Source: a virus
Taxonomy: Duplodnaviria; Heunggongvirae; Uroviricota; Caudoviricetes
IMG/VR virus record: IMGVR_UViG_3300037089_000535
DNA length: 64,000 nucleotides
Strand: one strand, 5' to 3'
In this document: positions 1 to 8,367 of the stretch, piece by piece
Layout: each line of letters starts with the position of its first letter
Position numbering within the stretch: the stretch's first letter is position 1
Program-made: the position numbers and the translations under genes
Notes under the pieces: model-generated
Databases searched by the model: none
Told to the model about the DNA's origin: nothing
What the model saw: only the letters and a program-made list of their open reading frames with translations

Positions 1-525
1 GGGCGTTTGTGCCTACGTTCCGGCAGAATGGAAAATCAACAAATCTTCTGGTAAAAAATTCGTCCCGCCGCCCGGAGAATTCAGCGGGTGCAGATGTACG
101 CCTTGCCCAGAGCGCGAGGGGACTGGCGAGTGTGCGTGCTGCGCTGAGCGGCGCGATGAAGAACGAAACCCAGACCCAGAACCATTTGTGTGAAATTATG
201 GACGCAAACAAACTTCAAACGCTTAGGGATATTGGTTACACGATTCCTAGAAGCTGTGCGCTTTGTGCTCATTCTACATGGCAAGGAGCAAGCGAATGGG
301 GGTCATGTAAATTATGGACCTACAAACACAACAAGCATACAGGAGACCCACGACAGCTGAGCATTTATCGAGGCGGCCATTGCTATAAGTTTGAGTTGAG
401 TGTGTCAATGGCAGAGATGCTTGGGGCCTATATAGTCTTTGTAAGATAGATGGCCGGACTTCCGAATGGCCGGACAGACATTTTTGTCTTGACATTTACC
501 ACTGTTTAAATGTATTAGTGGCATT

Positions 526-1374
526 ATGAAGAGTCACGAATTCGCTTCTGGAGTTTTACAGGGAGCTGATCACCGATACATTAGAACAAATTGTCAAGAT
601 GCAGTTCGTGTATTTAGCCGAACACTCCATGACAAGCTTTGGGGGAACAATACAGTTGTTGTCGGCGTTTGCGCTGACGGTTGCGGAACAGGCGAACACA
701 CAGAAGTTGGGGCGCAGCTTGGTGTTAATATTGCAACAGATGTAATATCAACAGAATATTTATCAGCTGCAAGTTTAGGTAATGAGGTTGATTGGAATAC
801 CATAAAAGACGATATTGTTGCTAGGGTTGGAAATATTGCACAGTCAGTATGGTCTCTTGAACAAGATTACAATGCGCTAATTATCGAGTACTTCTTTTTC
901 ACGATAATTGGTTTCGCAATGACCTCTGAAGAAACCACGTTCTTCCGTGCCGGCGATGGTGTTCTGATTGTCAATGGAGAAGATATCCCAATCAAAACGC
1001 CAGATGGTAACAGGCCAGAATATCTTGGCTACAATCTGTTGAGCAGTTCGATTCGACCTGATATCGAAATACTATTTAAAATTCCAACTGATAAAATTGA
1101 TCACTTCTTACTAGGCTCAGATGGATTGAAAGACATTTGCGCCGCAGAAGAAAAGCTCATCCCTAAGAAACAAGTGGGAACTCGCATCCCGAAGGAAGAA
1201 TTGGTTGGCCCTCTCAGTCAGTTCTGGACCGGGGATCAATACTTCGACGATCCCCAGGCGGTGCGCCGCAGACTGATGATGTTCAATGGTGGCCTTTGTG
1301 CTGATGCCAGGGCCGGCATTGCTCGCGATGACACTTCATTAGTTGTCTGCCGCCGCAGGAATTCAGAGCCATGA
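526..1374 (+). CDS. PP2C-family Ser/Thr phosphatase-like protein
   Basis: PP2C motifs are present: VCADGCGTG..GAQLG (DGxGG), RAGDGVLIV (GDSR-like) and LLGSDGLKD (SDGLwD). The stop overlaps the start of the next gene (ATGA). Confidence 0.5.
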   Translation: MKSHEFASGVLQGADHRYIRTNCQDAVRVFSRTLHDKLWGNNTVVVGVCADGCGTGEHTEVGAQLGVNIATDVISTEYLSAASLGNEVDWNTIKDDIVARVGNIAQSVWSLEQDYNALIIEYFFFTIIGFAMTSEETTFFRAGDGVLIVNGEDIPIKTPDGNRPEYLGYNLLSSSIRPDIEILFKIPTDKIDHFLLGSDGLKDICAAEEKLIPKKQVGTRIPKEELVGPLSQFWTGDQYFDDPQAVRRRLMMFNGGLCADARAGIARDDTSLVVCRRRNSEP

Positions 1375-3251
1375 TCAAAGAGGTCATTGTCGAAGCAGAC
1401 ATAATTAGACTGACGCCAAACTCAGTCAAGGGCGAGGGCGGCGAAGCAATAATCTATGGCTTGCCTGGAAAAAAAGCCCTGAAGATATTCAAGGAACCCG
1501 ATCATCCTGACTTTGCTGGAAAGCCAGAAGCTCAGCAAGCGGCATTGGCGAGAATCAATCAGCACCAAAAGAAGCTTCCCGCCATCCCAAAGAGTTTACC
1601 AAGTAGTGTTATCGTTCCGGATGCGCTTGCATTTACAACCGATCATTCAAAGAAGATAGCCGGTTACCGCATGCCATTCATTAGCGGCACAAACGTTCTG
1701 CTTGAATACGGCGATCAGGAATTCAGAGCTGGCATCTCAAATGATCGTGTTCGAAACGTCTTTGCAAAGATCCACGAGGCATTTGTTGGACTCCATGCGC
1801 ATAGAGTTATCCTTGGTGACGTCAACCCGCTGAACATCTTGGTGTTGGCGAAGTCGGATACGCCGTACATTATCGACATTGATAGTGCATCGATTGATGG
1901 CTTCCCGTCATTCATGTTCACGCAGGCCTATATCGATCCATTGCTGTGCGATCCGAGCCTGAAAGAACCAAAGCTAGTCAAGCATCACACTACCGATTCT
2001 GATTGGTATTCGTTCTGCGTCATGCTCATGCAGTGCATGCTCTTCGTTCATCCGTATGGCGGCATCTATAAGCCAGTTGACAAGACCAAAAAGATTGCGC
2101 ACACGGCAAGATGTCTGCACAAGATAAGCGTGTTCAATCCTGAAGTTGGGTATCCAAAGACAGCGATACATTACAGCGCGCTATCGGATGAATTGTGCCA
2201 CTATCTAATTGGCATCTTCGAGCAGGGAAAGCGTAGTGTCTTTCCGGTGAAGTGTTTAGAGGAAATGCGCTGGACAAAGTGCAACGTATGCGGACAAGAA
2301 TACTCTCGTTCCGCCTGCCCCAACTGCGTGAAGGCTCCGCCAATTGCCGTCATTCAAACCGTGACGGTTAGGAAGAGTGTCACCGTGACGCAGATGTTTA
2401 ATACCACCGGGTCTATCGTATTTGCAACGGTTCAAAGGGGAAGGATGCTCTGGCTCTACCACGAAGCAGATGCGTTCAGGCGCGAAGATCGTACCATCGC
2501 TCTTAAGCATGAGATCGATCCTCGGTTCAAGTACCGAATAAATGGCATCTCAACTGTCATCGGAAGGGATGGGTCCGTTGTCGTTCTCACCCCAAACAAA
2601 ACACCGGTACCGCTCCAGACTGACATCGTTGGTGAACGACCGGCATTCGACGCAAATGCCGACAGCATATTCTGGACAACCAATGATCGGCTGAATAGAA
2701 ACGCGCCATTAGGGCCTGAATATATTGGCGCAGTAATTTCTGGGTTGACACATATCTGGGTTGGTTCAACATTCGGATTTGGATTCTATCGCGCTGGAGA
2801 ATTGAACATAGCCTTCATCTTCAGGACGAATTCAAGAGGCATCAACGATAGTGTAAAGGTACCCAGGATTCGAGGACAACTCATAGATGCAACCTGTTCG
2901 TTTACCGAGAAGCTCTGTTGGTTCTTTACATCCTCCCAAGAGAGTGGACAGACCATCAATCGCTGCGCAGTCATTCAACATGATGGAACTGTCTTGGCTT
3001 CGGCCGAGGCCATTCATGGAGATGGTTCGTGGCTATCGGGAATTCGCGGAGCAACGGCGGCAGGTAATGTCTTGCTTGCTCCAACCGATGATGGTGTAGT
3101 TCAAGTGAAGTGCAACGGAAACCAAATTGTCATCGTAAAGGAATTCCCTGATACAGAACCGTTTGTCAATTCAGGATCAAGACTTTTCGCCGCAGCAGAT
3201 GGGCTTTACGTAGTCGGGCGGCGCGACATTGTAAAACTTAAGATCAGTTGA
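1371..3251 (+). CDS. Hanks-type protein kinase-like protein with C-terminal Zn-ribbon and beta-rich domain
   Basis: Kinase motifs are present: a Gly-rich loop plus Lys (VKGEGGEAIIYGL...ALKIFK), a catalytic-loop-like HAHRVILGDVNPLNILV and IIDIDSA (DFG-like). A CNVCGQEY...CPNC zinc ribbon follows. Translationally coupled to the upstream PP2C gene. Confidence 0.5.
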   Translation: MIKEVIVEADIIRLTPNSVKGEGGEAIIYGLPGKKALKIFKEPDHPDFAGKPEAQQAALARINQHQKKLPAIPKSLPSSVIVPDALAFTTDHSKKIAGYRMPFISGTNVLLEYGDQEFRAGISNDRVRNVFAKIHEAFVGLHAHRVILGDVNPLNILVLAKSDTPYIIDIDSASIDGFPSFMFTQAYIDPLLCDPSLKEPKLVKHHTTDSDWYSFCVMLMQCMLFVHPYGGIYKPVDKTKKIAHTARCLHKISVFNPEVGYPKTAIHYSALSDELCHYLIGIFEQGKRSVFPVKCLEEMRWTKCNVCGQEYSRSACPNCVKAPPIAVIQTVTVRKSVTVTQMFNTTGSIVFATVQRGRMLWLYHEADAFRREDRTIALKHEIDPRFKYRINGISTVIGRDGSVVVLTPNKTPVPLQTDIVGERPAFDANADSIFWTTNDRLNRNAPLGPEYIGAVISGLTHIWVGSTFGFGFYRAGELNIAFIFRTNSRGINDSVKVPRIRGQLIDATCSFTEKLCWFFTSSQESGQTINRCAVIQHDGTVLASAEAIHGDGSWLSGIRGATAAGNVLLAPTDDGVVQVKCNGNQIVIVKEFPDTEPFVNSGSRLFAAADGLYVVGRRDIVKLKIS

Positions 3252-3279
3252 TTGGATAGTATAGAAAGGTAAAACACAA

Positions 3280-4338
3280 ATGCAACGTTCTCTTCTTCCA
3301 CTACCGCCATTTTTCAACACAGCAAATGCGAACAACTGGGATTATAGTCCAAGCCTAGATAAGCTTCGACTCTTCGCAGAAGAGTGGCGTAGAGATCAAA
3401 AGATCAAAGCGTCTGCTGCGGCGAAGACGAAGGTCACCGCTCTCATCATCGATGCCAACAAAGACTTCTGCCATCCGCGCGGGACCTTGTTTGTCAGCGG
3501 GAGATCGGGAACCGGCGCTGTCGATGATAGCAATCGCATTGCTAAGTTCGTGTACGAAAATCTCGACGTGATTACGGACATCGTTCCTACGATGGATACC
3601 CATAAGCGTTACCAGATCTTCACACCAACCTTTTGGCAATGGGCCGATGGGACTCCAGTTCCGCAGAACCAGATCATCCCCACGGATCTTGTTGCCTCTG
3701 GGAAGATCAAGGTCATCCCCTCAATGGTCAACTTCATTCCAGGTGCAACAAGCACTTGGATCAATGACTATGTTGTGTACTATGCGCGCAAACTCGAAGC
3801 CGATGGCAAGAAAGTTCTCATTGCTTTCGCTCCGCATTGCGTTCTCGGAAGCGATGGCCATCCGATCATCGGAACCGTTTTCGAAGCCATCTCGTTTCAC
3901 TCCTTCGTGCGCCGCGTGGAGAATGATCCAGAAGTCAAGGGCGGCAACGTCCTCACTGAGTGTTTCAGTGTCCTTGGCCCAGAGGTGAAGGTTGCGCACG
4001 ACGGAACCATTCTAGACAACGGTGAGAATCGCATGCGCATGATCAAGGCATTGCTGGCCGCCAACTACGTCGTTATCATGGGTCAAGCATCAAGCCATTG
4101 CGTGGCAAGTACAATCGACGATCTGCTTACGTGGATCTTGGCTAACGATCCAAGCCTGGCCCAGAAGGTATATATTGCCGAGGATGGTATGTCGGCTGTT
4201 AACCTCAGCGCATACGGCGGGCCAGACTTTACCGATGCGGCCACAGCTGCGCTTGACAAGTTCCGCAATGCGGGAATGCATGTCGTTCGTCTGAGCGAAC
4301 GAATGGAAACCTGGCCCGGCTTTCAACTGGCAGCCTAA
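3280..4338 (+). CDS. Isochorismatase-family cysteine hydrolase, nicotinamidase (PncA)-like with insertions
   Basis: ALIIDANKDFCHPRGTLFVSG matches the PncA N-terminal motif. TMDTH and APHC are candidate metal ligands. VVIMGQASSHCVASTIDD matches the catalytic-Cys motif of the isochorismatase family. Confidence 0.55.
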   Translation: MQRSLLPLPPFFNTANANNWDYSPSLDKLRLFAEEWRRDQKIKASAAAKTKVTALIIDANKDFCHPRGTLFVSGRSGTGAVDDSNRIAKFVYENLDVITDIVPTMDTHKRYQIFTPTFWQWADGTPVPQNQIIPTDLVASGKIKVIPSMVNFIPGATSTWINDYVVYYARKLEADGKKVLIAFAPHCVLGSDGHPIIGTVFEAISFHSFVRRVENDPEVKGGNVLTECFSVLGPEVKVAHDGTILDNGENRMRMIKALLAANYVVIMGQASSHCVASTIDDLLTWILANDPSLAQKVYIAEDGMSAVNLSAYGGPDFTDAATAALDKFRNAGMHVVRLSERMETWPGFQLAA

Positions 4339-4380
4339 ATTGATTCGATCTAATAGAAACACAAAACAAGGAATACGAAT

Positions 4381-5202
4381 ATGAGTTCTAGCTCTAGTTT
4401 ATTTACGTCCTCAACACAGGATAAGAATGTCACGGCGGCTCTAGTCCAAATCCCAGACTTGACCGCCAAGATCCAAGCTGGGCAAGGAATGCCCGCGGTC
4501 AATGCAAAGGTAAGTACCGCATTGCTTATCCAGCTGCTTCTCGATGATTCTGGTTCTATGCAAAGAAAAGACCCAGACCCCAATGTAACAAAGTGCAACG
4601 CAGAGCTTCTCTGCGATGGACACAACCTAATTCGCAACACCCTGTTGAATAGCAAACAGGGCGCTGATGTGTTCATGGCCGCGCGTACCCTCAGTGGAGA
4701 GGTGGTCTATCCATTCCGTAAGCTCAAGGAAGTTCCCGAGCTAGTTTATCGGCAGAACTTCTATGCGAATGGTGGCACGCCGCTCTATGATGAAATCGCA
4801 GTCACCTACGAAATCGTTGCCAAGCAGGTGGATGATTACGAAGAGGCCTGTATTCCGTGCCGAACAATCACGGTATTCATCACCGATGGCAGGGACGAAC
4901 ATTCCAGGGCTTTCAATGCAGCTAAGGAGCTTCTTCCATTGACGGTGGCACGCATGAATCACGAGATGGACGTAATCGCTGGCGTCGGGATTAGCGACGG
5001 ATACTACGACTTCCGCAAGATGTTCTTGGAGATGGGTCTGTCTGACAATTGGATCTTGACACCAAAGAACACCGAGCACGAATTCCGTGAAGTCTTTCGT
5101 GTGCTCTCGCAGTCGGCACTGAACGTCAGCCAAGCCGGCGTGGGTGGGTTTAGCCAAGCAACTTCTAGTGGCCTAAGCCAAGCTGCTGGCGGCTTCATTT
5201 GA
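4381..5202 (+). CDS. von Willebrand factor A (vWA) domain protein
   Basis: MIDAS motif LLDDSGSM (DxSxS), GGTPLYD and VFITDGRD. A strong hairpin at 5212-5250 follows the gene. Confidence 0.55.
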   Translation: MSSSSSLFTSSTQDKNVTAALVQIPDLTAKIQAGQGMPAVNAKVSTALLIQLLLDDSGSMQRKDPDPNVTKCNAELLCDGHNLIRNTLLNSKQGADVFMAARTLSGEVVYPFRKLKEVPELVYRQNFYANGGTPLYDEIAVTYEIVAKQVDDYEEACIPCRTITVFITDGRDEHSRAFNAAKELLPLTVARMNHEMDVIAGVGISDGYYDFRKMFLEMGLSDNWILTPKNTEHEFREVFRVLSQSALNVSQAGVGGFSQATSSGLSQAAGGFI

Positions 5203-5261
5203 CAGTTGTTCATTCTGTTCGGCATCATTAAATTGGTGCCGAACAGAATCAGAGGTGAAAA

Positions 5262-6776
5262 ATGAAACTAGCCGGTACACTAAAGTGTGAAATAATCAAG
5301 CCGATTAATTCGGATGGAAAATCAATTTGGAACGAAGTCGGCCCAAGATTAATGGCCTTGAGAAAAACTTTAGCTCCGGCATTGACAATGACGATGCGGG
5401 AATTATATCCGCAAGCGGTTGGTGTCATTTACCTTTTTAAGTCGGGCAATAAGGACGAGGCTCGAACAGCTCAACAACAATGGACCGGCTTAGTTGAGAA
5501 GACATTGCGCAAGCATTGGAATGAAGAACTATTTGGGCGGCTCAATCACCTGAAAAGCAAACTTAAGGAAGAAGATGGAGAGGAACGTCTCAAAACCATT
5601 ACTTCTGCCAACGGTCCAATTCAGGAGTATTTATCTTCCGAGACACGCCACAACATCATATCCCGATGGAAGGGTGAACCATTTAAAGATCTGTTGGTTT
5701 CGAAAGTTTCGGTTCCATCATGGACAACTGGGTGTGCATTCTACGCCAGGAATCGCGAGTGCCCTGTTAGTGGAGACCCCGATAAGGCCCGATTGGGATT
5801 TCCTCTTTTCGGTGGTGGCAACAAACGAACAACACTGGTGGTGGCTCCCTGCGGTGATGGGCATGAAGCACTTTGGAAGAGGTTAGTTGCCGGCGAGATC
5901 AAGCTCGGTCATGTTGGAATTAGTTACAATCTTCGAAAACATAAGTGGTATGCATTAATCTCGTGGTTGGAGGAACGTGAAGAGAATATTTCTGGCTCAC
6001 ATGTTGCTGCGGTCAATATGGGAATCAATGTATTTTTGCAGGCGGTGTCAGATGACGGATCTGAATTCCATGTTGATGGCGGAGATATATTAGCTACCAG
6101 AAGACGATTTTATGGTCGTCGCAAGAGCATTCAGAAGTCTTTGGATAAGATGGGGAGAGGAGCACATGGACATGGGCGCAATCGATTGCTCCGTCCAATT
6201 ACGAATCTTGGCGATTGCGAATCAAGGTACATGTCCAGTAAGTGCAGAACAGTGGCGGCTGAACTCATCAAGTGGTGTGTTAGGCACAACATTGGTCGAT
6301 TGATTTTGGAGGATCTGAGTAGGATAAGGGAGACAGACGAAGCCAAAGATACTCATGAGGAAGTCAAGCGACTAATTCATTCATGGCCTTATGCTGAATT
6401 AACTGCTGCGATTACCAGACAAGGTGCTGAGTTTGGAGTCTCCATCGAAACTCGGGAAGCCTACTATAATAGTCAGCGATGTCCTATTTGCGGACACACC
6501 CATCAGGACAATGTTCGAATCATTGAAGACCGCAGAGACATCATGGTTGATTCCGAGGGAAGGAGATGGGAAAGAAGTTTGAGCAAAAGATCATTCTTCA
6601 CTTGTAAAAAGTGTGACTTCGATGCAAGTGGAGATTTGGTTTCGGCGTCTAATCTACTTCAATCTGTAACAGGATATAGCTCTATTCTCACGACTAAAAA
6701 TAAGGCTAACCACAAGGCCACTAACAAAAGCAAAGCCAAGGGTGATCGGGCTATGGAGTCACCAGGAGAATCATGA
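5262..6776 (+). CDS. TnpB/Cas12-like RuvC-fold protein (compact type V-like effector candidate); RuvC-I Asp apparently replaced by Asn
   Basis: RuvC-I-like AAVNMGINV aligns to the GIDLG motif with N in place of D. RuvC-II RLILEDLS has the Glu. A Zn finger CPICGH...CKKC is present. RuvC-III FDASGDLVSASNL is ADxNAAxNI-like. The Arg/Lys-rich RRRFYGRRKSIQKSL...HGHGRNRLL is typical of TnpB. A GGTGA ribosome-binding site lies upstream. The gene sits immediately upstream of a CRISPR array. Confidence 0.7.
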   Translation: MKLAGTLKCEIIKPINSDGKSIWNEVGPRLMALRKTLAPALTMTMRELYPQAVGVIYLFKSGNKDEARTAQQQWTGLVEKTLRKHWNEELFGRLNHLKSKLKEEDGEERLKTITSANGPIQEYLSSETRHNIISRWKGEPFKDLLVSKVSVPSWTTGCAFYARNRECPVSGDPDKARLGFPLFGGGNKRTTLVVAPCGDGHEALWKRLVAGEIKLGHVGISYNLRKHKWYALISWLEEREENISGSHVAAVNMGINVFLQAVSDDGSEFHVDGGDILATRRRFYGRRKSIQKSLDKMGRGAHGHGRNRLLRPITNLGDCESRYMSSKCRTVAAELIKWCVRHNIGRLILEDLSRIRETDEAKDTHEEVKRLIHSWPYAELTAAITRQGAEFGVSIETREAYYNSQRCPICGHTHQDNVRIIEDRRDIMVDSEGRRWERSLSKRSFFTCKKCDFDASGDLVSASNLLQSVTGYSSILTTKNKANHKATNKSKAKGDRAMESPGES

Positions 6777-7396
6777 CCGAACTAACAAACGAAGAAAAAC
6801 TTAAACTGGAACGACTTCGTGAGCGATGTATTATAATTCAAGGACTCTTGAAGCGATGGCATGAGTCTGCGGTTGAAATTGTGATTGCCCTCAAAGAAGT
6901 TGATGATGAAGGTGATTGGAAGCTGTCCTATCCCAGCTTTGATAATTTTTTGGAGCGTAACTTTCCGAATTCTGGTTTTGGGCTTAAGAGATATCAGCAC
7001 ACACTGCTTTCGATTCAAGAGTATGGTGAGGAGCTGGTTAGAAAGATTGGCCCTGAAGCGGCCCATGTGATGTCGCACCCAAGAATTACCGAGGAGCCAG
7101 CACGAAAGAATGAAATAATTTCGAATGTTAATAACTACATGGAGGCCAATGGTAACGCCCCTAATGCGGATTGGGTGCGCGAACAGCGAAAGAGAATAGC
7201 ACCCGAAACAAATCAGCCACCAAGATCCACTATAGCAATGTCTGCGCTGGGAAGGACCTGCAAAGAGCGTGATGAATGGAGGCGAAAGTTCGAGGAGCTA
7301 CAGGTAAAATACGATAGTGCTGTGAGTGAAATTGAACAACTCCGTAAGCAACTAGGGAAAAATGCGAGCACCTCTACTTCTGATATGGTTTCATAA
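6773..7396 (+). CDS. Hypothetical protein, translationally coupled to Cas12-like gene (possible accessory)
   Basis: ATGA stop/start overlap with the Cas12-like gene. The ORF ends 70 nt before the first CRISPR repeat. No recognisable motif. Confidence 0.4.
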   Translation: MTELTNEEKLKLERLRERCIIIQGLLKRWHESAVEIVIALKEVDDEGDWKLSYPSFDNFLERNFPNSGFGLKRYQHTLLSIQEYGEELVRKIGPEAAHVMSHPRITEEPARKNEIISNVNNYMEANGNAPNADWVREQRKRIAPETNQPPRSTIAMSALGRTCKERDEWRRKFEELQVKYDSAVSEIEQLRKQLGKNASTSTSDMVS

Positions 7397-7465
7397 GGGC
7401 TAATTTTAGCACCGCTCGCAAACCATATTCTAGTTCTTTGAAAATTCAGCGTTTTTGACGGCAGG

Positions 7466-8261
7466 GTATCAGTAACCTTCGAGAGATTCAGTTGATGTGA
7501 GTTGACGAACGTCAGACCTACCGAAGCATTGGCAAAGTATCAGTAACCTTCGAGAGATTCAGTTGATGTGAGATTGAGAGTAGCCGTCGCACACCATCCG
7601 GGGATCTGGTATCAGTAACCTTCGAGAGATTCAGTTGATGTGAGATCAAATGAATGACGACGATGACAACGACGACGAGTATCAGTAACCTTCGAGAGAT
7701 TCAGTTGATGTGAGGCTAAGTCCCAAGGTCACTCTAAATCTTGGAACAAGTATCAGTAACCTTCGAGAGATTCAGTTGATGTGAGCTCCTACAAGCTCCG
7801 GCGACTCCATTGGGGCTGCGATGTATCAGTAACCTTCGAGAGATTCAGTTGATGTGAGTAGTAGTTGTTTCGCCTGTGCAATCCAGCTTTGACAAGTATC
7901 AGTAACCTTCGAGAGATTCAGTTGATGTGAGAATCCGCCGGTAGTGGATCATGCCACGGGGGACACGTATCAGTAACCTTCGAGAGATTCAGTTGATGTG
8001 AGAAAAGAATGGACACATGTATTTGATACGTGTTCTGGTATCAGTAACCTTCGAGAGATTCAGTTGATGTGAGAGCGAAATCGACCCACCCCCCTCCAGA
8101 CGTATCAGTAACCTTCGAGAGATTCAGTTGATGTGAGGTGTTAGAGTGCCCACATTGTCATGATGCTGATGACGTATCAGTAACCTTCGATAGATTCAGT
8201 TGATGTGAGAAGATGGACGCGAATGGTATCAGTAACCTTCGAGAGATTCAGTTGATGTGAG
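7466..8261 (+). CRISPR. CRISPR array: 12 repeats of 36 nt (GTATCAGTAACCTTCGAGAGATTCAGTTGATGTGAG), 11 spacers of 16-37 nt
   Basis: Exact repeats start at 7466, 7537, 7609, 7679, 7750, 7823, 7896, 7967, 8038, 8102, 8174 and 8226. Repeat 11 carries a G->T substitution (cgaTagatt). Spacer 9 is 28 nt and spacer 11 is 16 nt. Confidence 0.93.
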
Positions 8262-8367
8262 ATACATGGAACTGACTGTCGCCAATGTGCGCGCCATGCG
8301 TCACCACAGTTTCCGCAAAGCGGAAACCAAATCATTCCTGGCGGTGATTTGTTTGAGTCCAAATGCA

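Noticed and set aside
3647-4362. ORFs 3647-3988(+), 3721-3999(-) and 4090-4362(-) overlapping the PncA-like gene
   Set aside because: They are alternative-frame or opposite-strand ORFs within a gene that has conserved catalytic motifs, so they are judged spurious.
5262-6776. The TnpB-like gene as an active IS200/IS605 transposon
   Set aside because: No tnpA (Y1 transposase), no obvious IS ends or hairpins flanking it. It is coupled to a CRISPR array, so a domesticated effector is more likely than a mobile IS.
7397-7465. Sigma70 promoter in the CRISPR leader (TTGACG at 7455)
   Set aside because: There is no acceptable -10 hexamer at the right spacing, and the array may be read through from the cas operon. 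The element was left unannotated.
8300-8330. Hairpin gtttccgc-aaa-gcggaaac between nadE and the array as a terminator
   Set aside because: There is no U-tract on either strand. It was left unannotated as a possible processing or weak termination site.
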